25,180 nucleotides of DNA from a virus (Duplodnaviria > Caudoviricetes): the IMG/VR virus record IMGVR_UViG_3300025103_000147, positions 1 to 25,180 of that record. One strand, written 5' to 3'. The position numbers and the translations under genes were made by a program. A model generated the notes under the pieces. It was not told the DNA's origin. It saw only the letters and a list, made by a program, of their open reading frames with translations, and searched no databases. Below are positions 8,902 through 16,205 of this stretch, one piece after another (the stretch's first letter is position 1; each line of letters opens with the position of its first letter).

Positions 8902-10458
8902 ATGTCAAATATGATAGTTAAAAATCTTAACTTTGGCAACAAAGCTAAGACCAAAATATTTGAAGGTATTGAAAAACTCACTAAAGCTGTTAGCTCCACA
9001 TTAGGAGCTAGCGGTAAGTGTGTAATACTTGAAGATAAAGGAGGTAATCCTATTATAACAAAAGATGGTGTTACTGTAGCAGAAAATATAATATTAAGAG
9101 ATCCTGTTGAAAACATGGGTGCTACATTACTAAAACAAGCTGCTAAAAAAACCGTACAAGAAGCTGGAGACGGGACAACAACTGCAACAGTACTTGCACA
9201 TGCAATTTTAGAACAAGCTTATGAGGTTTTAGATAAAAAAAATGTAAGAGAAATTAAAGAAGGTATAAATTCAGCTGTTAAAAAAGTTTTAAAATATTTA
9301 GATAATATATCTATACCTGTTGAAGATAAAATGCTAGATAATGTAGCTACTATATCTACTAATAATGATAAAGTTTTAGGAAAATTAATAGCTGATGCTT
9401 TTAGAGAAGTAGATAAAACAGGAGTGGTTATGATGGAAGTTTCAGTTTCAGGAGAAACTAAAGTAGAAATAATAGATGGAGCTCAATATCCAAAAGGAAT
9501 TACTAGTCCTCATTTTATAACTAATAAAGAAAAAAAGACTGCAGAACTAGATAATCCACTTGTTCTTATTATTGATTCTCAAGTATCTAATATTAGACAA
9601 ATACAAAGTGTTCTAGAATATATTATTAAAAACAAAAAATCTCTTTTAATTATAGGAGATTTAGAACCTGATGTTTTAAGTGCTTTAGCAATGAATAAAA
9701 CTAAAGGTAATATTAAAGTTAATGTAATTGAAGCTCCGGTATTAGGTATAAAGAGAAAACAAATATTAGATGATATTGCTTTATTAACTAACGCTGTTGT
9801 AATAAATGAAGATTTAGGAGATGATATGAGCGTTATAGATATTGATTTTTTAGGTACTTGTTCTAAAAGTGTTACTAGTATAGATGAAACAATAATCCAA
9901 ATACAAAACACTAAACCTGAAACTTTAAATATTATTAAAGAATTAAAAAAAGAATTAAAAACTTGTAAGATTCCAGAGAAAATTATAAGTTTAGAAAAAA
10001 GATTAGCAAGATTAGCTGCTAAAATTGCTGTTGTAAAAATAGGTGCGGATTCTGAAGTAGAATTAAAAGAGAAACTTGATAGAGCTGAAGATGCTATTTG
10101 TGCAACAAAAGCTGCCATAAAAGAAGGTATAGTCCCCGGAGGAGGAGTAGCTTTATTAAACGCAGCTATGAAAGTAGATGAAAAAAATCAAGGAGAAAAA
10201 ATATTAACCGCGTCTATATTATCACCATATAAGATTATTTTATTAAATGCTGGAGTTGAAGAAATAACAATACCTGCAGAAGATGGATATGGAACAAATG
10301 TTTTAAATGGAGAAATTGTTGACATGGTTAAAACAGGAATAATAGATCCTTTATTAGTAACTAAAAGTGCTTTAAAAAATGCAGCTTCAGTAGCTACTAC
10401 TATTTTATCTACAGATTGTGTAATTAATAATTTAAGAGTTGATGAAGGCAATAGGTAG
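8902..10458 (+). CDS. groEL: Phage-encoded group I chaperonin GroEL (Cpn60)
   Basis: Motifs ITKDGVTVA, AGDGTTTATVLA, EDA..ATKAA, GIVPGGGVAL, GIIDP..VTKSALKNAASVA. 518 aa; no C-terminal GGM tail. Confidence 0.97.
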   Translation: MSNMIVKNLNFGNKAKTKIFEGIEKLTKAVSSTLGASGKCVILEDKGGNPIITKDGVTVAENIILRDPVENMGATLLKQAAKKTVQEAGDGTTTATVLAHAILEQAYEVLDKKNVREIKEGINSAVKKVLKYLDNISIPVEDKMLDNVATISTNNDKVLGKLIADAFREVDKTGVVMMEVSVSGETKVEIIDGAQYPKGITSPHFITNKEKKTAELDNPLVLIIDSQVSNIRQIQSVLEYIIKNKKSLLIIGDLEPDVLSALAMNKTKGNIKVNVIEAPVLGIKRKQILDDIALLTNAVVINEDLGDDMSVIDIDFLGTCSKSVTSIDETIIQIQNTKPETLNIIKELKKELKTCKIPEKIISLEKRLARLAAKIAVVKIGADSEVELKEKLDRAEDAICATKAAIKEGIVPGGGVALLNAAMKVDEKNQGEKILTASILSPYKIILLNAGVEEITIPAEDGYGTNVLNGEIVDMVKTGIIDPLLVTKSALKNAASVATTILSTDCVINNLRVDEGNR

Positions 10459-10702
10459 AAATTTAATAATAGAAAAAGCTAAACAAGGAACTACTAAAAC
10501 AAAAGGTGGTTTATTGTTGACTGAAAAAAATAAAGAAGATATTAGATATACAAAAGCTACAGTTTTATCTGTAGGTGATGAAATAAATGGATTAAATAAA
10601 GATGATGTTATTTATTTTGATCGCCACGCAGGTCATAAAATTGAAGTAGAAAATAATACATATCATGTTATAAAATCACAAGATGTGGTCGTTGTTTTAT
10701 GA
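10442..10702 (+). CDS. groES: Co-chaperonin GroES (Cpn10)
   Basis: MKAIGRNLII, mobile loop KTKGGLLL, ATVLSVG, DVIYF..HAG, YHVIKSQDVV. The ATG at 10442 overlaps the groEL end by 17 nt. Confidence 0.92.
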   Translation: MKAIGRNLIIEKAKQGTTKTKGGLLLTEKNKEDIRYTKATVLSVGDEINGLNKDDVIYFDRHAGHKIEVENNTYHVIKSQDVVVVL

Positions 10703-11145
10703 AAAGGCTAGACGTAGAAGATTTAAAAAATCTTAATCTACTTAAACATTACCGTATAATACGCAGATGGGCTTGTAAAAACAACGGCTTAAATAACGCT
10801 GATTTAGAATTATTAATATATTTAGATTGTATAAATCTTTTTACTATAAAAGATTTTAAAGAAGGTTCTTATTCTTACAGTTGGGATAAGAAAAGATGGA
10901 GTAGATTGATTAAAAATGAATGGGTAGTAGTATGGAGGAATCGTAATAGAACTACTCAAAAATACAATATTTATAAAGTTTCTTTTAAAGGAAAGCAGCT
11001 TATAAATAAAATATATAAAATAATGTTAGGATACGAAGATATTCCTACAAGCGAAAGAAGAAATATTATAATGAGAAAAAATACATATAGTAATAAAGTT
11101 TTAAGAACTTCTATTGATAATGTAAATATAGATAAAAATAGATAA
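10699..11145 (+). CDS. Winged-helix (MarR-like) DNA-binding protein
   Basis: LNNADLELLIYL...WSRLIKNEWV...YKVSFKGKQLI follows the MarR wHTH pattern. ATGA overlap with groES. Confidence 0.6.
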   Translation: MKRLDVEDLKNLNLLKHYRIIRRWACKNNGLNNADLELLIYLDCINLFTIKDFKEGSYSYSWDKKRWSRLIKNEWVVVWRNRNRTTQKYNIYKVSFKGKQLINKIYKIMLGYEDIPTSERRNIIMRKNTYSNKVLRTSIDNVNIDKNR

Positions 11146-11146
11146 A

Positions 11147-11749
11147 ATGAGTTTTAATAATAAAACAAAAAAAGCTGCTAAAATAATGTTTGGTGAAGAA
11201 CATGAAAGAGAAATGAATCACCCATTAAAGCAAGTAGGTACGTTAGCTGCTAATGCTGGTTATAATGCTATGGAAGAGATTAATAGGTTAAAAAACACAC
11301 TTGACCCTACTAGTACTAGATATCATGGTAATACACCTCAAGGATCTGCGGGATCAGTAGCTTTACCTAGCGTAAATATGCCTGATACTAATTTTACTTT
11401 AGGAACTTATGCTAGTCCTCAATCTACAACTGATTCAGACGCTAATGACAACAGTAATACTATAAACCCATATAGTTTTATGGATGACGATCTATTAACT
11501 AAAAAAATGCCAGAGCATGTAAACAAGTTTGGTTTTCATAAAAGAAATCTACCATCACTTCATACAAGATATAAAAAAGCTTTAAATGAAGGTAAACTTG
11601 TTAAAGCTGAAAGACTTCAAAAGAAAATAGACAACTTTAAACTGAATCAACAAGCTAGATCTCAGCGTAACGAACAGGGAGATCGAACTAACACAGGCAC
11701 TGGTTTTGGAAATTTCTTGAGAAAAATTAATCCTCAAAACTGGTTATAA
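11147..11749 (+). CDS. Hypothetical, largely disordered protein (putative internal virion protein)
   Basis: 200 aa, N/T/S-rich low complexity. HPLKQ motif at aa 25-29. Basic amphipathic C-terminus. Confidence 0.7.
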   Translation: MSFNNKTKKAAKIMFGEEHEREMNHPLKQVGTLAANAGYNAMEEINRLKNTLDPTSTRYHGNTPQGSAGSVALPSVNMPDTNFTLGTYASPQSTTDSDANDNSNTINPYSFMDDDLLTKKMPEHVNKFGFHKRNLPSLHTRYKKALNEGKLVKAERLQKKIDNFKLNQQARSQRNEQGDRTNTGTGFGNFLRKINPQNWL

Positions 11750-12306
11750 TGGCAAGAAGAAGAAAAATATCACGTAGAACACCTCCATTGAGACAAATAG
11801 TTCCAGGTTCACAAGGGATAAATAACTGGTCACAAGCAAATATAGATCAAAATCAAGCCGCTTCATTTAATCAACAATTTAGAGTTGGTACGTATGATCA
11901 AAGAGGTAATGAAGGAGGTAGATTTGATCAAGGAGCTATGAATGCTGCAGGTGTAAATGTAAATTGGGGGGCTAATAATGCTAATACGAGACAAGATAAG
12001 GTAACAGGTGCTACTATTGAAAATAGAGGATTTGGTAGTGGAGATTTTAAACCTACTAGTTTACCTACAGGTGCGCCACAAGTTCCTGATACTGTTGTAG
12101 GATCACTAACTGATCCCTTAAAACCTAATGCTGTTAAAAATGATATTCAAAAAGAAGCTGTAAATACTTTTTCATCAGGAATAGATCCAGCTGATAAATC
12201 AGAATTTAAAAACGAAGTAGTAAATGAAGTAATGAATAAAGTAGGTGGTAATGAAATAGCAGCAAGTCCACAAAATAAATTAGAAGAATTATATAAACTA
12301 AGTTAA
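11749..12306 (+). CDS. Hypothetical, disordered protein (putative internal virion protein)
   Basis: 185 aa. Arg-rich leader MARRRKISRR followed by PPLRQ; N/Q/G-rich body. TAATG coupling to the upstream gene. Confidence 0.7.
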   Translation: MARRRKISRRTPPLRQIVPGSQGINNWSQANIDQNQAASFNQQFRVGTYDQRGNEGGRFDQGAMNAAGVNVNWGANNANTRQDKVTGATIENRGFGSGDFKPTSLPTGAPQVPDTVVGSLTDPLKPNAVKNDIQKEAVNTFSSGIDPADKSEFKNEVVNEVMNKVGGNEIAASPQNKLEELYKLS

Positions 12307-12316
12307 AACAATAATT

Positions 12317-12529
12317 ATGCACAACAAAAAATATGATCCAGCAATGGAAAGATTAAAACCAGGAAGTAAAGTTGGTATAGTTGGAGAATCTCATATATGG
12401 GATGGGCCACTAGATCAAACTGGAAGACCTCATGGTATGGGTTCTAGTTCAGGTATAAAGGGTATGCAAATATTAAAAGCACCTGTTTCTTATAAAGGAA
12501 TGCCTATTACTGAATGCGCTAAAAGATAA
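12317..12529 (+). CDS. Hypothetical protein
   Basis: 70-aa ORF with an A-rich leader; core GIVGESHIWDGPL. Confidence 0.75.
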   Translation: MHNKKYDPAMERLKPGSKVGIVGESHIWDGPLDQTGRPHGMGSSSGIKGMQILKAPVSYKGMPITECAKR

Positions 12530-12532
12530 ATT

Positions 12533-12682
12533 ATGAGTTTTGAAAGTCTAGTAGATGAACTTATGAGAGAGGGTAAGTCAAGAACTTCAGCACTTAAAAT
12601 AGCTGGCTCTATAGCTAATGCTAAATTAAAAGGTGCTGGATCTGGCCCAACTGCTGCTCAAAAAGCTCGTATGAAAAAATAA
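12533..12682 (+). CDS. Small basic protein (49 aa), not in ORF track
   Basis: ATG 12533 to TAA 12680-82: MSFESLVDELMREGKSRTSALKIAGSIANAKLKGAGSGPTAAQKARMKK. Fills the gap 3 nt after the previous stop. Confidence 0.8.
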   Translation: MSFESLVDELMREGKSRTSALKIAGSIANAKLKGAGSGPTAAQKARMKK

Positions 12683-12748
12683 CAGTATGAGAACTGTATA
12701 AAACTCAAGTCAAACAATAACAACAACAACAACAAAAACAACAACAAA
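12682..12748 (+). promoter_or_regulatory. H-type pseudoknot followed by a (CAA)n unstructured leader
   Basis: ACAGT(12682-86) pairs with ACTGT(12693-97); loop TGAG(12688-91) pairs with CTCA(12704-07). CAA repeats then run from 12711 up to the ATG at 12749. Confidence 0.55.
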
Positions 12749-13228
12749 ATGGCAAGATTTATTAAATTTAACATTCAAAATAGTGGAAACGGTTTAGATG
12801 CTGGTTCTGGATGGAGATATGTTAACGTAGACGACATTGAAAGCGTATACGACGGTTTAACTGGCGGTGCAGGTACCGTTGACAAAGTAACAGTAGTATT
12901 AAAAGGAAGCAATGCTTCTAGTGTAGCTGCTGCTGCGGCAAATCAAGAAGCTGCTGCAAGACCAGCGGTTACTTCAGAAATTAGTGGTAGAGTATTAGTA
13001 TTACAAGTTAGAGCAAGTGCAACTATTGGTGCAGGCGCTGGAACTAACAAACCTACTGCAATAACAGTATCTGGAGACATGCCTTCAATGGCTATTAGAA
13101 AAGCTATGTCTGCTAACCCAGGTGGGGTTGCAGCTGCTGCTCAATTAGGTAAAGATGGTGCAGGTGCTCAGATGGTTTGGAATCAATTCACGATTTCTAA
13201 TACATCTCCAGTACCAGCTTCTTCATAA
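12749..13228 (+). CDS. Ala/Gly-rich putative abundant structural (decoration-like) protein
   Basis: 159 aa, A/G/V-rich like the capsid protein. Has a dedicated leader and a downstream terminator. Confidence 0.6.
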   Translation: MARFIKFNIQNSGNGLDAGSGWRYVNVDDIESVYDGLTGGAGTVDKVTVVLKGSNASSVAAAAANQEAAARPAVTSEISGRVLVLQVRASATIGAGAGTNKPTAITVSGDMPSMAIRKAMSANPGGVAAAAQLGKDGAGAQMVWNQFTISNTSPVPASS

Positions 13229-13260
13229 CGGAGATATTTTAAAATAAATTAATCATAAAT

Positions 13261-13289
13261 CCCTGTTAGTTTTCTAGCAGGGTTTTATT
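13261..13289 (+). terminator. Rho-independent terminator
   Basis: CCCTGTTAG-TTTT-CTAGCAGGG forms a 9-bp stem (one G-U pair) followed by TTTTATT, 32 nt after the 13228 stop. Confidence 0.8.
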
Positions 13290-13302
13290 AAAACTAAAAA
13301 AA

Positions 13303-13980
13303 ATGGGAGAATATTCAGGAAACCATCCAAGGTTTTCAAGAAAACAAGAAGAACGTTATGATGCCAAAGAAGCACATAACAAAGACCTAAGTGCTTCTGC
13401 AAGATTACATTATTTAGAGAATGATGAAACTCATCATCCAGCTAAAAATCTAGCAGATTCACGTGACATAAAAGATATGTCAGGAGCATACAATGCAATG
13501 GGAGATCCAAATTCACCAGCCCCTCATAAAGGTGCTATGAAAGGTGATCAATCTGCAACGCATAGAGATTATGCTAATTATAAAGGAACTGATCCAAATT
13601 ATCATGGACACACAGGTGCGTCACATGGAGATCAATCCGCAACACATAGAGACTACATGCATGGACATCCAGCAAGACAAGGATGGTGGGATACAGCTAA
13701 AAAAGTAGGTAGAACAGGTACTAGGTTATTAGGAGACCTAGGTGTACAGGCATTGGATATGTTCCAACCTGATCACGGTAGTCATGCTAGTGGGTATAGA
13801 GCTCCGGGAGCAACATCTTATTATGATAAATTAGCACAAAAAGACTGGGAAAATGAGCACTACGATAAATCAAGACAACTAGTAAAAGAAGGAAAAACGT
13901 TTTTTACTCTTGCTGATTATCTAGATGACGACGGAGCTGGTAATGCTAGAACTGGTGGGCCTAAAGCCTCCGATAAATAG
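13303..13980 (+). CDS. His-rich disordered protein with internal repeat (putative internal virion protein)
   Basis: 225 aa. GDQSATHRDY x2 (13543-13572 and 13627-13656); HPAKN and HPARQ motifs. Confidence 0.7.
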   Translation: MGEYSGNHPRFSRKQEERYDAKEAHNKDLSASARLHYLENDETHHPAKNLADSRDIKDMSGAYNAMGDPNSPAPHKGAMKGDQSATHRDYANYKGTDPNYHGHTGASHGDQSATHRDYMHGHPARQGWWDTAKKVGRTGTRLLGDLGVQALDMFQPDHGSHASGYRAPGATSYYDKLAQKDWENEHYDKSRQLVKEGKTFFTLADYLDDDGAGNARTGGPKASDK

Positions 13981-14019
13981 TATTAAATAAATAAATCAAA
14001 TTAAATTAAATATAATATT

Positions 14020-14232
14020 ATGAAAAAGTTAATACTAAGTTTTATAGCCGTTATGGTTATGAGCCAGCTACTGCTTATTGCTATAGGTAGTAATATGACA
14101 ATTGAAATTTACTCAACAATAGCTACATTTTTAGGAGCTTTTATAGTAGGGTTTACTATTGTTGCTTTATATAAAATAACTAAATATATAAAAGCAAATG
14201 AATATATCAAAAACTGGTTATTTAAGAAATAG
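14020..14232 (+). CDS. Small two-TM membrane protein
   Basis: 70 aa. MKK followed by two hydrophobic stretches and a basic tail. Has its own TAAAT-type leader. Confidence 0.7.
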   Translation: MKKLILSFIAVMVMSQLLLIAIGSNMTIEIYSTIATFLGAFIVGFTIVALYKITKYIKANEYIKNWLFKK

Positions 14233-14401
14233 TCCAGATATTAATCAACCTCAAAATGTTATACCAGGGAATAAAATCACTATGAAAGGAGTTGATTTTA
14301 AAGTACTAGGAACTGACAATAGAGGATATACAAAGGTAATGTACCCCGGTTACGATTATACGTTCCCCGGGGCACGTTACGTTGTAGAGAAACCTATATA
14401 A
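14198..14401 (+). CDS. Small conserved-looking phage protein (ITMKGV...M.PG.DY.FPG motif)
   Basis: 67 aa. Ends 1 nt before the next ATG and overlaps the upstream gene by 35 nt. The motif is recalled from Bacteroidota phage proteins. Confidence 0.75.
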   Translation: MNISKTGYLRNSPDINQPQNVIPGNKITMKGVDFKVLGTDNRGYTKVMYPGYDYTFPGARYVVEKPI

Positions 14402-14402
14402 T

Positions 14403-14765
14403 ATGTCTTTTAAAATGAAAGGTGCTCCATATTGCAAAGAGACTTTACACACCCCAGTTTATCACATGCCAATGGATGATAATACTAGAGGAATGGCTAC
14501 TAAAAATGGTAGTATTCTAATTAATGAAAAACTATCTCCATTACAAGAACAAGATACTTATAATCATGAAAAGACTCATAATTTACAAGTAAAAGAATTT
14601 CAGGCTTCTAATGGTGAGAAAGGTATGGATTATGAAGATGATTATCTATTATTTGATGGAGTGAAATATCCTAGAAAAGATGGTAAAATACTCTATGAAG
14701 GACAATGGAGAGAAGAAGGTTGGCCAGGATTTAAGTGGGAAAAAGAAGCATATCAAAATCAATAA
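14403..14765 (+). CDS. Minimal zincin-like metallopeptidase (HEXXH)
   Basis: GSILINEKLS...TYNHEKTH shows the ImmA/IrrE-like strand plus HEXXH helix. Distal WEKEAY may supply the third ligand Glu. Confidence 0.7.
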   Translation: MSFKMKGAPYCKETLHTPVYHMPMDDNTRGMATKNGSILINEKLSPLQEQDTYNHEKTHNLQVKEFQASNGEKGMDYEDDYLLFDGVKYPRKDGKILYEGQWREEGWPGFKWEKEAYQNQ

Positions 14766-14770
14766 TAATT

Positions 14771-15688
14771 ATGGGATTTAAAATTAAAAAACCTCAATTT
14801 CAAATAGCAGCTCTAAATAACCTTGGTGCTTCAACTATGAGTAATTTTAATACTACTATGGAAGATTTTTGGGCTAAGGAATTAGCTAGAAAAAAAGCGG
14901 TTAGAGGAACAGATACATATAGTAAAGTAGCAAATGCTGCTAATAGCATAATGGCTCCATATGCGGAAGAATATGGTACAGATAAAAAATATCCTTATTT
15001 AAGTTCTCGCCATCATACAATGAACTCTATTCATAACCCAATGCTAACTAATGCTAGAAGGTCAAAAATTGAAGATGGTACAGAAATGGATGAAGGAATT
15101 TTAACTATAGCTGAGGAAAGAAAACGATATCAAGATAGATTACTTAATGAGGGTGGAGATATTTCTGCTGGTACAAAAGGTAGTACTTATTTCGGTAGTA
15201 AGTTTAATAAAGATGCGGAAAAAGCAGCTAAAATTGCGAACGAAAGACATGAGTATTTATTAAATGCTGCCAACCAAGGCGAAGAAGCTTTAAATGCGGC
15301 TTTATCACAAGAAGATATTTACAATAAACATGGTGTTGCAATAGGTCAAGAGATGCCTGTAATATCAGAATTTCCTATATCTACTCAAAATACGGGATCT
15401 GCAAAAAGCCTTGCAGGAGGTTATGCGGCGAATCCTAGTGGACAATCGCTTAGAAATATTCACAACTTTCAAGATTTAAGAGATAGGGCTTCTTCTGCCC
15501 AAGATTATTCTGATAGATTTAGAAATGTAGGTTATGATTTTGAGGACATGAAACGTAAAACAAATAACTTTGAAATTACAATACCTGAATGGGAATCATT
15601 TAGTACTGAGCTTGCAGAAAGAGAAAAAAATTCTCCAGGAACTATTAGATTTGAAACATTAAAATCGGTAGCAAATCTTGGACAATAG
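14771..15688 (+). CDS. Hypothetical protein (putative internal/ejection protein)
   Basis: ATG at 14771 after AATAATAATT is preferred to the overlapping GTG at 14735. Starts MGFKIKKP; helical and hydrophilic, 305 aa. Confidence 0.7.
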   Translation: MGFKIKKPQFQIAALNNLGASTMSNFNTTMEDFWAKELARKKAVRGTDTYSKVANAANSIMAPYAEEYGTDKKYPYLSSRHHTMNSIHNPMLTNARRSKIEDGTEMDEGILTIAEERKRYQDRLLNEGGDISAGTKGSTYFGSKFNKDAEKAAKIANERHEYLLNAANQGEEALNAALSQEDIYNKHGVAIGQEMPVISEFPISTQNTGSAKSLAGGYAANPSGQSLRNIHNFQDLRDRASSAQDYSDRFRNVGYDFEDMKRKTNNFEITIPEWESFSTELAEREKNSPGTIRFETLKSVANLGQ

Positions 15689-15690
15689 CC

Positions 15691-15721
15691 TAGTAAAAAA
15701 ACATAAAAACAAGTAATTATA
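15691..15721 (+). promoter_or_regulatory. Putative phage promoter, copy 2
   Basis: TAGTAAAAAAACATAAAAACAAGTAATTATA matches 8501-8531 and lies directly upstream of the holin-to-capsid gene run. Confidence 0.5.
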
Positions 15722-15725
15722 TAAA

Positions 15726-16184
15726 ATGTCAAAGAAGAAATTTAAAGACACAACTGTTGGACAGTTATTGTTTGGAGCAGCTTCTGTAATAAATCCTACC
15801 TTAGGAAATGTATTACAAGGAGTAACCTCACCAAAAGAAGCTATTGAAGCTATTACTAAATCTGAGGCACCTGCTGAAGATAAAGTAAAACTACAACAAA
15901 TAATATTTGAACAACAAAATAAAGAAATAGAAGCTATCACCTCAAGGTGGGAAGCAGACTCCATGTCAGATTCATGGATGTCAAAAAACGTACGTCCACT
16001 AGTATTAATATGGTGTATATGTATATTTTCAATGGCTGGTATTTTAGACAGTGTTGAAACTATACCTTTTCATATTAATGAATTATGGAATGATACTTTC
16101 GAAAAGGTCATGATGGCCGTCGTTTTAGCCTATTTCGGCGGACGCACGACAGAAAAGGCAAGCAATATATTTAACAAAAAATAA
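15726..16184 (+). CDS. Holin, GTA-type 3TM family
   Basis: RWEADSMSDSWMSKNVRPLVLIW...VVLAYFGGRTTEK is the characteristic signature of the GTA_holin_3TM family, with hydrophobic segments. Confidence 0.8.
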   Translation: MSKKKFKDTTVGQLLFGAASVINPTLGNVLQGVTSPKEAIEAITKSEAPAEDKVKLQQIIFEQQNKEIEAITSRWEADSMSDSWMSKNVRPLVLIWCICIFSMAGILDSVETIPFHINELWNDTFEKVMMAVVLAYFGGRTTEKASNIFNKK

Positions 16185-16205
16185 TAACAATAAAAACAAA
16201 TTAAA

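Noticed and set aside
8902-10702. Host chromosomal groESL operon or chimeric contig
   Set aside because: Gene order is reversed, GroEL is divergent and tail-less, leader style matches the flanking phage genes, and the genes overlap tightly with their neighbours.
12682-12708. preQ1-I riboswitch call for the pseudoknot
   Set aside because: The overall shape and A-rich 3' loop are similar, but the 6-nt loop is too short and lacks the ligand-pairing C, and the downstream gene is not queuosine-related.
14735-14770. GTG start for the 317-aa ORF
   Set aside because: It overlaps the peptidase gene. ATG 14771 has the typical A-rich leader and gives the shared MxFK N-terminus.
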